Source: a virus
Lineage: Duplodnaviria > Heunggongvirae > Uroviricota > Caudoviricetes
Direction: 5' to 3' (one strand)
Virus record (IMG/VR): IMGVR_UViG_2778261009_000004
Length of the DNA: 28,707 bases
The notes under the pieces are model-generated. The model worked only from the letters and a program-made list of their open reading frames with translations. It searched no databases and had not been told where the DNA came from. The position numbers were made by a program, and so were the translations under genes. This document shows positions 12,248 through 22,785 of the stretch, piece by piece. The stretch's first letter is position 1; every line of letters begins with the position of its first letter.

Positions 12248-14206
12248 TTACGCCGTACATTTCACCAGACCGCGGTGATCAACTGGCGCGACACCGGCGT
12301 CAATACGCACTTTCGTTGTCACGCCATCCACACTGAAGCCCTCCATCTGATCAATATATGGCGTATCCACACCGTTGAGATAAGCCACTTCAATCGTATC
12401 GGAGCCTTTTGACGCAGCCAGGTAGAAGGTGGTCTGGCTGTTATCATCAAGACGAGGCTCTGCAATAACGGTCGCAAAATCTTTCACCGGGTTAATAATA
12501 CCGGCGTTAATGTCAGCCCCCTTGACACTTGAGGAGCGAATGACCTGGTTAGCAACAGACTCCATCGCCGTCGGTACCAGTACGAACGCAGGACGAATAT
12601 TCAGATGACGCTCCCCCTCTTTCTGAACGCGCATCAACTGGCGGGCTTTATCCAGCGATGCCACGTCCATTGCCGCGCTCTCCAGTACGTTTGCATGTTT
12701 CGCTTTATCGAACAGACTTACATTATCTGTGGAGATTTTCGGGTTAGACGTCAGAATGGCATAAACCAGATCGGCAATAGTGGATTTCGCCGCACGGCCC
12801 AGTTTCATCGGGACATCGGTCAGCATATTCAGATCATCATTGATAATGGCCTGACGGGTGATACTGAACAGCTCGCCATAGGTCGCCAGTGCAATAGTGG
12901 CCTGTTTATCTCCGGTGGTGACGTATTTATATTCCGCCCCTTCACGCACCTGACGTAGAGCACTGAAGCCCCCCATACCCACACGATGGGCAATTTTAAA
13001 ATCAGACAACTGACCTTTCCGCGTCCACTGTTCATAGGTTTCAGGGGCATCTTCCCAGCCCTGCAGAATGGCTTTGTTCGCAACATCCAGCAGAATATTA
13101 CCGAAGTCAGACGTACTGTGTGTGAACGCCGCACCGACCATCTGCATCGGGTTATAACCGGAAACCCCAATACCCCGTTCAGTTAGTGACATACGGGCAT
13201 ATTCACGCAGGGTCATCCCGTTGTAGACATTATCACGTTCGGTTTTTTCAAATCCGGCACGCGCCATCAGCGCCTGGCGAATCCCGTCCCCCACAAAATT
13301 ACCGTTACCGGCATAAATATGAGCCGGGGTATTTTTATTGGATGGCGTGGACTCGCGCCCCATCTCGTTCAACAGCTTTTCACGGGCCTGCTCCAGCGAA
13401 CATTCAGGATCGGCAAGACACTGGGCCTGCAGCGTCTGATAACGCCCGCCAAACATGGCAAACAGATCATTAATACCGTTTACACGCGCTTTTTGCTCTG
13501 CCAGTACCTGCGCACGGATACTGTTTTCATCCACCACGGGTGCTGCTGCCTGCACTGGCGTCCGGGAGGCTGCAGGTTCATCATCCTGTACGCGTGGAGC
13601 ACTGTTGCGTGGCGGAGTAATCATGTTTCGAATGGATTCCGGCATCTTTTTAAATTCCTCTGTACGTTTTGACTGAATACATGCCATTGCCTTAACGGCT
13701 GGTGTCACCTGATCAGCAAATCCCTGTGCCAGACATTCGGCACCGGACATCCAGGTCTCATCCGCCAGCATGGCAGCAATTTCATCGGTGGTTTTCCCGG
13801 TTTTCTGTGCATAAGCGGGTAACAGAACCGCCTCAACTTTATCGAGCAGGTCGGCATAGGTGCGCATGTCCTCCGCATCACCGCCCGTAAAGCCAAATGG
13901 TTTATGAATCATCATGAAGGAGTTTTCCGGCATAATGACCGGGTTTCCCACCATCGCAATGACCGACGCCATTGACGCCGCCACACCGTCGACATAAACG
14001 GTAATGGACGCACCATGTGTTTTCAGTGCATTAAAAATGGCGATGCCTTCAAAGACATCGCCACCCGGTGAATTAATATGGAGATTAATGTGGGTGATAT
14101 CGCCCAGTGCATTCAGATCACTGATAAACTGCTTCGCTGTAACACCCCAGAAACCAATCTCGTCATAAATATAAATATCCGCGTCACTCTGGTGACCTGC
14201 CTGCAT
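12248..14206 (-). CDS. Prohead serine protease (ClpP/S49-like) fused in frame to a scaffold-like linker and an HK97-fold major capsid protein
   Basis: One uninterrupted ORF. N-terminal part DIYIYDEIGFWGV...INSPGGDVFEG...MMIHKP is ClpP-like; middle is a charged helical linker; C-terminal about 330 aa has HK97-type capsid motifs (...GYNPMQ...ITRQAIINDDLNML...). First ATG after the portal stop is 14206; the track ORF start 14467 overlaps portal. Confidence 0.8.
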   Translation of the reverse strand: MQAGHQSDADIYIYDEIGFWGVTAKQFISDLNALGDITHINLHINSPGGDVFEGIAIFNALKTHGASITVYVDGVAASMASVIAMVGNPVIMPENSFMMIHKPFGFTGGDAEDMRTYADLLDKVEAVLLPAYAQKTGKTTDEIAAMLADETWMSGAECLAQGFADQVTPAVKAMACIQSKRTEEFKKMPESIRNMITPPRNSAPRVQDDEPAASRTPVQAAAPVVDENSIRAQVLAEQKARVNGINDLFAMFGGRYQTLQAQCLADPECSLEQAREKLLNEMGRESTPSNKNTPAHIYAGNGNFVGDGIRQALMARAGFEKTERDNVYNGMTLREYARMSLTERGIGVSGYNPMQMVGAAFTHSTSDFGNILLDVANKAILQGWEDAPETYEQWTRKGQLSDFKIAHRVGMGGFSALRQVREGAEYKYVTTGDKQATIALATYGELFSITRQAIINDDLNMLTDVPMKLGRAAKSTIADLVYAILTSNPKISTDNVSLFDKAKHANVLESAAMDVASLDKARQLMRVQKEGERHLNIRPAFVLVPTAMESVANQVIRSSSVKGADINAGIINPVKDFATVIAEPRLDDNSQTTFYLAASKGSDTIEVAYLNGVDTPYIDQMEGFSVDGVTTKVRIDAGVAPVDHRGLVKCTA

Positions 14207-14219
14207 CCTGAACCAGGAA

Positions 14220-15728
14220 TTATTCTTCGGACTGGTCGTCGGTGTGCTGCGGCTCCTGTCGTTTCGTTGCGGCACTGCTGCCTCCTTTATCACTGGCCGG
14301 ATCGGTATCAAATACCAGATCCAGCTTGCGGTTTTCATCAATTTCGGCCTTGCGCCGACGTTTGACATCATCCGGATTACGACCACCTGCACGTACCCAG
14401 TCTGATTCTGTCGCCGCTCCACCACGAATCTGAATTTTCCAGGCCTCAGCCTCCTTAACAGGGTCAATCCACGGCATCACCGGTCCGGAATACACCGCGG
14501 TATACAGTGAAGAACGATCAAGATCGCGGGGTAGCCTGATAACACCGGATGCCACAGCCTGTTTCAGCCAGGCACGATACATCGGGCGGGTGACGGCACC
14601 AATAAACCAGTCCTGCAGGATCAGGTAGCCATCAGTGGATTCAACCAGCTCCTGACGCTGGGCGCTGTAAGTGCCGTTATAGTTGCGTGCCGTACTGGAA
14701 AAACTCAGACGACTGCCCGCCGCCACGGCACGCAACTGACCATTACGAAAAGTTTCAAGGTTAGGATTGGGACGATCCGACTTCACCATTCCGATTTCTT
14801 CGCCGGGTTTCAGATCGTCGTAAATAATGCCTGGCTGAATGGTAAGCTCGCGTTCATTCTCCTTGCTGCCATTACCATCCGGTTCATAGCTCTGCCCGTC
14901 GCCTTTCCGGATGTACATCCCCAGAGCAGCGGCGATCCTTGCTGCAGTCAGCTCAGAATCTTCATACTCTTTCAGGGCACTGAGGCGGATCAGCACACCG
15001 GACAACAAAGACGTCCCGCGCATCTGGTGCAGACGGCGAACAAATTTAAGATGCAGCATTCGCTCTGCATCCACTTCTTTGGTTTCCATCTGCCGCCCGG
15101 ATACGGGACGGCTTTTATACACCAGATATTTTTCGGGACGCCCCCAGTCATCAACAAACACGCCCTGATTCAGCCTGTTGCTCTCATCACTGGTCATGGG
15201 AATAAAGTCCGGCTCGAGCGCCTCCAGCCAGAAATGAACACCGGCAGAAGGCGTCAGGCTGTTTATGCGCCCGGAAACCATCTGGGCAAACACCTCACCA
15301 TCGCGCAGCCAGGTACGCAGCATCAGACGTTCCAGCATCGGACGGGTAAACTGCCCGGTGACTTCCGGACTGACAGACCATTCACTCCATCGGGTGCGTA
15401 TCTCCGCTGCCAGATCACGGGCAATGGCCCCATTGCGTAATACCGGATGTGGCTCGACAATAATCCCGTTTTTCCCCACCACCCGTTCTTCCAGCTTGTC
15501 AAATACACCAATAACCAGATCGTGGTTGTTATCAAGGTAACGGGCCTGCTCACGTAACGACACGGCCCCGTACTGGCTTAACTGGTCGGCAGTTCGGTTT
15601 TCCCGCCGGGCTTTGTGTGTCCGTGTCGTTTTTACGGCCTCATAAGCCTGGATCACCGCACGGGAACGCAGCCTTGCCGCTTTCCATCCTGGTGAAAAAA
15701 CGCCAATCACATCATCAAGAATTGCCAT
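14220..15728 (-). CDS. Portal protein (lambda B-like family)
   Basis: About 500 aa, located between the W-like gene and the protease-capsid gene; acidic C-terminus. ATG 15728 overlaps the W stop (TGATG); the track start 15800 is a longer extension. Confidence 0.85.
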   Translation of the reverse strand: MAILDDVIGVFSPGWKAARLRSRAVIQAYEAVKTTRTHKARRENRTADQLSQYGAVSLREQARYLDNNHDLVIGVFDKLEERVVGKNGIIVEPHPVLRNGAIARDLAAEIRTRWSEWSVSPEVTGQFTRPMLERLMLRTWLRDGEVFAQMVSGRINSLTPSAGVHFWLEALEPDFIPMTSDESNRLNQGVFVDDWGRPEKYLVYKSRPVSGRQMETKEVDAERMLHLKFVRRLHQMRGTSLLSGVLIRLSALKEYEDSELTAARIAAALGMYIRKGDGQSYEPDGNGSKENERELTIQPGIIYDDLKPGEEIGMVKSDRPNPNLETFRNGQLRAVAAGSRLSFSSTARNYNGTYSAQRQELVESTDGYLILQDWFIGAVTRPMYRAWLKQAVASGVIRLPRDLDRSSLYTAVYSGPVMPWIDPVKEAEAWKIQIRGGAATESDWVRAGGRNPDDVKRRRKAEIDENRKLDLVFDTDPASDKGGSSAATKRQEPQHTDDQSEE

Positions 15729-15940
15729 CAGAACCTCGCCAGCCGGTACCCGGGATGCCCCCGTCGTCGTGTAATCAGAGCCGCAAGGCGGCGCTCCCAC
15801 TCCTGCCGTCCCTGCCGGATCTCAGATAAGTTTTCCATGGTCATCTGCTGACCATTAAAGGTGACGGATTTTCCGTCCAGCACCGCCATTTCAGCTTCCG
15901 TATAACGCTGAATCATGGCTTCGATATCATTCTGGTTCAT
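15728..15940 (-). CDS. Head-to-tail joining protein W-like
   Basis: About 70 aa; C-terminal ...LITRRRGHPGYRLARF resembles the lambda W C-terminus (...RRRGPAGFYV, from memory). ATG at 15940 overlaps the terminase stop (ATGA). Order terminase-W-portal as in lambda. Confidence 0.7.
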   Translation of the reverse strand: MNQNDIEAMIQRYTEAEMAVLDGKSVTFNGQQMTMENLSEIRQGRQEWERRLAALITRRRGHPGYRLARF

Positions 15941-18039
15941 AACCATCCTCCGGAAGTCAGCCAGGGGTTAACATCGTCAGTTACTGTTTTCTTCCGTTTT
16001 TGTTTTTTAACAGGCGTGGATACCGGTTCCGGTGTGGGTGACGGTTCGGTACTGTCCGGGACACACTCCAGCCAGGTTTCCCGGCTCGCCCACTCCGGTG
16101 CATCCGGCCAGCGGATCTTTTCGTATCCATGCAGAATGACCAGAGCCTCGGCATACACCATCAGGTCAAAAGCTTCGTTGGCACCGCGACCCGGCTTACT
16201 CCATTTCCCGTCACTGCTCCGCTCTTCATACGTCAGTTCGTCGTAAAACCAGCTCCCCAGCCAGTCAGGGAAATGCACATAGCCGGGACCTGGCGAGTCA
16301 CGCCATAACGCGTTATTCACCCGGTCTTTCAGGGCATCCGTCTGAAGAAGCCAGAGCGGCACATGACCTGCGGCCTGCGCCCGGCGGCCCGTTCGTCCGG
16401 TGTTATCAGGGAATGTACGGCTGATCAGTTTTGCGCGCCGGATGCTGTCACCCTTAAACAGGTAAATACGTTTACCAAGGCCATCACGACGGCAACGACG
16501 CCAGAATTTATAGGCATTATCAGTGACCCCGTCTTCACCGCCGGAGTCCACCGCCATTGCCATCAGTCGCATTTGTTGAGAAGGATCGGAGGCCAGCGGC
16601 CAGCTTTTATGAAAAACATCCGTCAGCAGGACATCCCAGTCTTCCGGATAGCTGGCCGGATCAATTCGCTGGCTCTCCCCGTCGCTGTCACCGCGCAATG
16701 ACTGCGTGATGTTGTAACGATCAATAATCCAGCGTTCGCCACGGCTGCCATAGCCCGTTACCTGAACCACAAAACGGCGATGACGTCCCGCCTGCACATC
16801 CACTGTCGCCACAAGGAAATTAACGCCATCCGGCACACTGCGGGAAGGAACTGGCTCTGCCCGCTGCTCAAGCAATTCACTTTTTCGTTGCTCCATGCTG
16901 GCGCGGGGAAGATAAGGTAATCCCCAGTCGGTATTGATAACCGTCTTGAGTGTCTCTTCACTTCCGGTTGTCTCGTATTCCTGTTCTGCAGTAAGCAGTT
17001 TGTAAACGAGTTGCGAGAGTGTCTGATAAGCAGCTGCCGGACCCTCCATCCAGAATGACGCAATACGTGAACGCCGGGGATCACCATAACGACTGCCATC
17101 TGCATTGATGGATTCACCATCCCGTAACCAGACCCCACGTCCGTTCAGCTCGCGTTTTTGTTCAGGCAAAATCCGTCCTGAACAGGAAGGACACTGAATA
17201 TAAGCCGCCTCACTTGCCAGCACAGGATCGGCAATATCACGGAAACCAGCAACCACATCGCCGCAGGGCTGAAAATACTCACCACAGTGTGGACAGGGCC
17301 AGTACCAGCGACGGCGATCGCCACGGTTATAGAGCGACAGGATCCCCGTGGTTGGTGGAGCCTCATGCGGTGAAGTCCGTCGCCATTTCACATCCTTCAC
17401 ATCCCTGCCGGGGGAACTCTCCACCAGCGTCATACCACTGGACATAAATGTGGTGGTACGTTTTGAGGCAAGAGAGAAGGCATCCCCCTCACCATCAATA
17501 TCTTCCGGAAAACGGTCATAATCCGTCAGCGCCACGCATTTATAATCTGATGAAGACATGATATTGACTGACGGCCAGCCGATTTTCAGGTAGTTGCCAG
17601 CAAGGACTGTTCTGTCATAAACGTTGTTGTCATTTTTGTTCGGACTCAGGCGACTGACCACTTCCGGGCTGACGCGAAACGTTCTGGCGAGTCGTTTTTT
17701 GGAGTGTTCGCGGGCTTTTTCCTCCGTCATCTGAATGATCAGCATATCAGCAGGATCGCAAATCACGTTGTAAATCACCCAGCCGTCAATCAGGCCGATA
17801 GTCTTGCCGGTTCGTGCCGGGCCAACAAATATCACTGCGTCGTATTCACGCGAGGCCAGGCAGTTCATAGGCTCAATAACATACGGTGCCACCAGCGGAT
17901 CCCACGGGACTGAGTTCCCTGCCCCCATAGGCACCCGCATATACTGAGCAACGGCATCAGCAACCCGCATTCGTCTCGGTGCGCGAAGGATATAACCTGA
18001 ATCGGTTCGTGCTGCCTTTGCGGTTTCCTGATTCAGCAT
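15937..18039 (-). CDS. Terminase large subunit (GpA-like)
   Basis: 700 aa; Walker A VIFVGPARTGKT; Cys cluster CPHCGEYFQPCGD...CPSCSG; start overlaps the small-subunit stop (TAATG). Confidence 0.9.
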   Translation of the reverse strand: MLNQETAKAARTDSGYILRAPRRMRVADAVAQYMRVPMGAGNSVPWDPLVAPYVIEPMNCLASREYDAVIFVGPARTGKTIGLIDGWVIYNVICDPADMLIIQMTEEKAREHSKKRLARTFRVSPEVVSRLSPNKNDNNVYDRTVLAGNYLKIGWPSVNIMSSSDYKCVALTDYDRFPEDIDGEGDAFSLASKRTTTFMSSGMTLVESSPGRDVKDVKWRRTSPHEAPPTTGILSLYNRGDRRRWYWPCPHCGEYFQPCGDVVAGFRDIADPVLASEAAYIQCPSCSGRILPEQKRELNGRGVWLRDGESINADGSRYGDPRRSRIASFWMEGPAAAYQTLSQLVYKLLTAEQEYETTGSEETLKTVINTDWGLPYLPRASMEQRKSELLEQRAEPVPSRSVPDGVNFLVATVDVQAGRHRRFVVQVTGYGSRGERWIIDRYNITQSLRGDSDGESQRIDPASYPEDWDVLLTDVFHKSWPLASDPSQQMRLMAMAVDSGGEDGVTDNAYKFWRRCRRDGLGKRIYLFKGDSIRRAKLISRTFPDNTGRTGRRAQAAGHVPLWLLQTDALKDRVNNALWRDSPGPGYVHFPDWLGSWFYDELTYEERSSDGKWSKPGRGANEAFDLMVYAEALVILHGYEKIRWPDAPEWASRETWLECVPDSTEPSPTPEPVSTPVKKQKRKKTVTDDVNPWLTSGGWL

Positions 18040-18533
18040 TACTCCTCCTGCTGTAATTCCTCCTCATCATCCGCACCTGCTTCAGTCACCCGCAGGGCTA
18101 TCTGATCGCGCAGATCATCAATAATGGACTGAACACGGCTCACAGCGGCAGGCTGCAGACCGCAGTCACGTTCAAGAATATCCGGTAATGTCTCCAGCAC
18201 CTGCACGACCGCTTTTGCCCAGATGGCAAACTCCCGTCTGACATCACTGGCCGGAATGAGTTGTGCCGTTTCCTGTTCGAACTTAAGACGCTCACGTTCA
18301 GACTGATACCAGGCTTTGCGCTCATGCGCGTCCATTTCGCCTTCTGCAACCGGCGGTGGTAATGCCAGAAATGCCGACACAATATCAACCACCCGATAAA
18401 GCTTGAGGTTGCTTTCATGCCCCCCTGCAACGGGTAGATTTTGCAGCCTTGCCGCAGCAGTCTGGCGATGTACACCTGACAATGCCGCCAGTTGACTGAT
18501 ATTCAGCGTCAGATTTTTTAACTCTCGATCCAT
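18039..18533 (-). CDS. Terminase small subunit (Nu1-like, N-terminal HTH)
   Basis: 164 aa; N-terminal LNISQLAALSGVHRQTAAARL helix-turn-helix and acidic C-terminus; immediately downstream of the cos-like site. Confidence 0.8.
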   Translation of the reverse strand: MDRELKNLTLNISQLAALSGVHRQTAAARLQNLPVAGGHESNLKLYRVVDIVSAFLALPPPVAEGEMDAHERKAWYQSERERLKFEQETAQLIPASDVRREFAIWAKAVVQVLETLPDILERDCGLQPAAVSRVQSIIDDLRDQIALRVTEAGADDEEELQQEE

Positions 18534-18702
18534 ACCCGCTCCAGAATGTTTTAAACATGCATCTTGCGAACAACTTTAGGCAAACGGTGTTAGTGATGAA
18601 CAAAAAACAATCAGAATCGACACCATAAAAATAAAACCACTGTAATATCAATCAATTACAGTAGTGGTGATGACGAATAAAATTTCAAAAACTAGCCTTT
18701 TT

Positions 18703-18722
18703 CCGCGACGCTCCCGCCCCGT
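18703..18722. other. Putative cos site (cosN core with predicted 12-nt cohesive end GGGCGGGAGCGT, minus-strand orientation, 18708..18719)
   Basis: Minus strand reads ACG GGGCGGGAGCGT CGCGG. Lambda reads ACG GGGCGGCGACCT CGCGGG (from memory): flanks identical, core differs in 5 positions. Located about 170 nt upstream of the Nu1-like gene, with AT-rich (cosB-like) DNA in between. Confidence 0.5.
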
Positions 18723-19085
18723 GGTAGGGACCCCCACTGGGAGGACCCGACAGCCTGACAACCGTTACGAGCATCTGAAACAGAGCTTTACATAATGGCA
18801 TGGGGATAATTCAGAAGGACATCACAGCATGCCCACACAAATTAGTGTGAGTGTCCTGTTTCTTACTACGCGCAGGACTGACGAGCATGAGGGGAAAATA
18901 CGCGAACCGAAATGCCTTATCTTCAGAAATGCAGCCGGCATCCGAACTGGACGATATTGTAAATTCACCTAAATACGAGGCATTACTGTAGTTGAATTGC
19001 AGTACTGTATTAGCCTTACAGTGACAGAATACGATATTGACTCTGTCACTTGTGAAATGGTCAGAATGGTTAGCAGTTATGGTGA

Positions 19086-19292
19086 TCAGTCAACCACCAG
19101 GGAATAATCCTTCGTATTCTTATCGTGCTTTACTAACGCGGCCTCAATTGCCCTGAATGCTTCCAGAGATACTTGATGTTCTATACATGCAATTACAACA
19201 TCCGGGTAACCCATCGAAATGGTGCTATTAAGCATAGTTTTTACACGAACCTGCTCCTGGGAGGGGGCATCAGTGTATTGATCTTTATGCAT
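19086..19292 (-). CDS. Hypothetical small protein (moron between cos and lysis genes)
   Basis: 68-aa ORF with no family I can recognise; soluble composition. Confidence 0.4.
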   Translation of the reverse strand: MHKDQYTDAPSQEQVRVKTMLNSTISMGYPDVVIACIEHQVSLEAFRAIEAALVKHDKNTKDYSLVVD

Positions 19293-19587
19293 TTTGTCGC
19301 TCCATTCGTTTGCTCTTCACTTGCGGCTAAAAATATAACGTCAAATCACTCAGCATGAAAGAGTGAAAGTTTCAGCGCGTTTCCCTTACATAATCTGTCG
19401 TTTGTATTCTCTTCAGGCATACCGGAAAGACTAGGTATTGTCACACAACCAATACCATCGACAATCGAGATTTATATCTATTCGGTAATGTTTAAATATA
19501 ACAAAACCCCGTAAAAACGAGGTTTATGGGTAATTTGTATTGTTGAATAGCATCTGATGAGAAATTGATGCTAATACTATAAACATG

Positions 19588-19764
19588 CTAGATTAAATCA
19601 ATCTTGATATCATAGCTTTCAAGACCAGTCATTTTTTCCCGTGCAGTAAACTGGATACTGGTAACTTCTTTCCCGGTCTTTTTCTTAAGCTCAATGATTT
19701 TTTTTGTTATATATTCAGAAATATCTGCTTCTGTTTTTGTTTTTAACTCTTCAATGTTCATCAT
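19588..19764 (-). CDS. gnsB: GnsB-like small protein (Gns family)
   Basis: Own translation: MMNIEELKTKTEADISEYITKKIIELKKKTGKEVTSIQFTAREKMTGLESYDIKIDLI, 58 aa, SD AAGAGGAA. Resembles E. coli GnsA/GnsB (about 57 aa, ...FTAREKMTGLESYD...). Below the track's size cut-off. Confidence 0.7.
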   Translation of the reverse strand: MMNIEELKTKTEADISEYITKKIIELKKKTGKEVTSIQFTAREKMTGLESYDIKIDLI

Positions 19765-19933
19765 TTCCTCTTTTAGTCTGTTATGACTGTCCTAGTACAC
19801 AGTAGTGTCAATTATATGGAGCAAACGTATAAAAGATAAGATGAAACATCGCAATAATCAACATACGACGGTCTAAATTTCACACAAACAGATAAAGATG
19901 ATTATCATTTATTATCAATGCATTAGAATCAAA

Positions 19934-20203
19934 TCAATTCAAGAGTCTCATTGCTGCTTCCAGAATTTCTTCTGAAGTTACATGTCGATCCGCTGCTACA
20001 TAAATGACTTTATGATCTCCGGTCAGAGATGGAAACCCTGCAGCCATTACAGTGAGGTGTGTTGTTTCGCCATTTGGATATTCACGCATGATGGTGTTAA
20101 CTCCGGTCATCACTGGCACTACCATTGCTGGTTCAGAGTTAAAAAAAACTATTATTTTTTTCATAATGTTACCGTAATATGTGAGTATCCATCGACTAGA
20201 CAC
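19934..20203 (-). CDS. Hypothetical protein (possibly YnfN-like)
   Basis: 89-aa ORF; an internal start MKKIIVFFNSEP... near 20164 is possible. Lies between gnsB and cspI, where Qin carries ynfN (from memory). Confidence 0.4.
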   Translation of the reverse strand: MSSRWILTYYGNIMKKIIVFFNSEPAMVVPVMTGVNTIMREYPNGETTHLTVMAAGFPSLTGDHKVIYVAADRHVTSEEILEAAMRLLN

Positions 20204-20212
20204 TAAGCAAAA

Positions 20213-20232
20213 AAGCTCCCGAAGGAGCCTTC
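20213..20232 (-). terminator. Putative terminator downstream of cspI
   Basis: Minus strand GGCTCC-TTCG-GGAGC followed by TTTTTTGC. Confidence 0.35.
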
Positions 20233-20435
20233 ATTTTCACTTTCTTAAATCTAACGACAGATGGCTAACATTTAAGTATTGTGAAATATTATCAAATGTA
20301 ATCATCATTGATTTACAAAAGATACATTTTGCCCCGAAAGGATTTCTGTCAGAAACATCAAAAGATGATGTTCTATACTGAGAACCATGGCAACACGGGC
20401 ATCTAAAGTGAATATGGTTTGTAATATTTTCTACC

Positions 20436-20651
20436 TCAAAGTGCCACTACATGAACAGCTGCAGGGCCTTTAGGTCCGTTCTCAATACCAAATTCGACTT
20501 CCTGATTCTCAGTTAACGTTTTGAAATCGTTGCTCTGAATAGCTGAGAAATGCACAAACACATCTTTGCTACCATCTTTCGGCGTGATGAAACCAAAACC
20601 TTTTTCAGGGTTAAACCATTTCACTAAACCAGTCATTTTGTTAGACATCAT
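20436..20651 (-). CDS. cspI: Cold-shock protein CspI
   Basis: (M)[70 protein letters not shown], matching E. coli CspI as remembered. Confidence 0.9.
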   Translation of the reverse strand: MMSNKMTGLVKWFNPEKGFGFITPKDGSKDVFVHFSAIQSNDFKTLTENQEVEFGIENGPKGPAAVHVVAL

Positions 20652-21011
20652 TATTACCTTTTGAAGAAGTTAGCCCTTGGGCAGAATGGTCCGAAAAAAA
20701 ATATCAGAGAGAAAAACCAACAAGGAAATCTCAAGAGGTACAAATAATAAAATTATAACAATGACTGCTTCAGATAATTTTGTAACAAACCAGAACACCA
20801 TTAACGCATGATTAACCAACCATAGCAAGGATTACTTTTGTAAAGAAAAACACACGAATGAAACAATAGCTTTATTTATTAATAAAACGTGTCATTTTGT
20901 CTAATGACCTTTTATCTTACCCTTAAGATTTCAAGGATTTTGACTCATGGAAGAGTCCTTTTTATTTAAATTTCACATTCAGCGCTAAAAATAATCCGAT
21001 TTAATATTAAT

Positions 21012-22039
<1,028 letters not shown>

Positions 22040-22350
22040 AGATATTTATGATGAGGACGCTCGTGCTTATTGGCAGGATTTTCAATCTTAAAGGAGTACT
22101 GATGCTGCAGATAAGACTCAACTTTTCTGACAATTTTTCTGCTACTTCCAGGAAGACTTGCCGGACGCTCATTCTGGCTGCTGCCTCATAAAACTCCAGC
22201 GTAGCTCCTTCAACACGGTCCATGGCGACATCCAGGCCAAAAATTTCACCGTCAAAGCGTTCTTTGTCCTGTAAGGCTACAGTTACCGTAACTTTATTCT
22301 CAAAATTACGGACTCCTTTCACAACCAGTTCATAGTCTTGAGTCATTGGA

Positions 22351-22566
22351 TTATTCTCCTCTCGCAGCCTTACGCCTGTCTTCTTTAATCTTGAAATAAA
22401 GATTTGTCAGATACGTCAGCAGGCCAAAAACCAGGCTACCCAGCACACCGATTGCAGCCCACTGTGACGGAGTTACTTTATCGAGTAACTGCAATGCCCA
22501 GAAACCAGCATTACCCGCCGATGTGCCATAGGCAACACCTGTTGTTAACTTATCCATTGATTTCAT
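22351..22566 (-). CDS. Class II holin / pinholin (S21-like) with dual-start motif
   Basis: [28 protein letters not shown]...[35 protein letters not shown]: two transmembrane segments, MKSMDK dual start (antiholin/holin), SD GGTGAGGA. The track ORF extends to 22641. Confidence 0.85.
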   Translation of the reverse strand: MKSMDKLTTGVAYGTSAGNAGFWALQLLDKVTPSQWAAIGVLGSLVFGLLTYLTNLYFKIKEDRRKAARGE

Positions 22567-22785
22567 ATCCTCACCCCGATGTACACGGATGGTGCAATAT
22601 GTTTGAAAAGATCGGAGTCTACGGGGTAGTTTTGACAGCACACGTTGTTCTCAACGGCGCTAAAAAAACATACACATTAAAAATGTGGGTAATTATTTTG
22701 AAAGAAAGTCATATATAAAATAATAATACGAGAAATGTTTTCATATTTAGTGTACTGTATACGGCCATTTATACAGGAAAAGCCT

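Noticed and set aside
14207-14467. N-terminal 87 codons of the track ORF for the protease-capsid gene, and the track's upstream extension of portal (15729-15800)
   Set aside because: These extensions overlap the 3' ends of the preceding genes and encode non-homologous, basic, low-complexity sequence; starts immediately after the upstream stop codons are more plausible.
19003-19022. LexA (SOS) box
   Set aside because: The palindrome TACTGTA-N7-TACAGT has CTGT and ACAG separated by 9 nt, not the 8 nt of the LexA consensus CTGT-N8-ACAG; not called.
19173-19358. 61-aa plus-strand ORF antisense to the 68-aa moron gene
   Set aside because: It overlaps the minus-strand ORF and has an odd composition; I considered a type I toxin/antisense arrangement but there is no hydrophobic toxin-like peptide or supporting structure.
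20930-20962. Hairpin GACTC-ATGGAA-GAGTC followed by CTTTTT downstream of Rz
   Set aside because: Short 5-bp AT-containing stem in the terminator orientation for the plus strand, where there is no gene; more likely part of the cspI leader region than a terminator.
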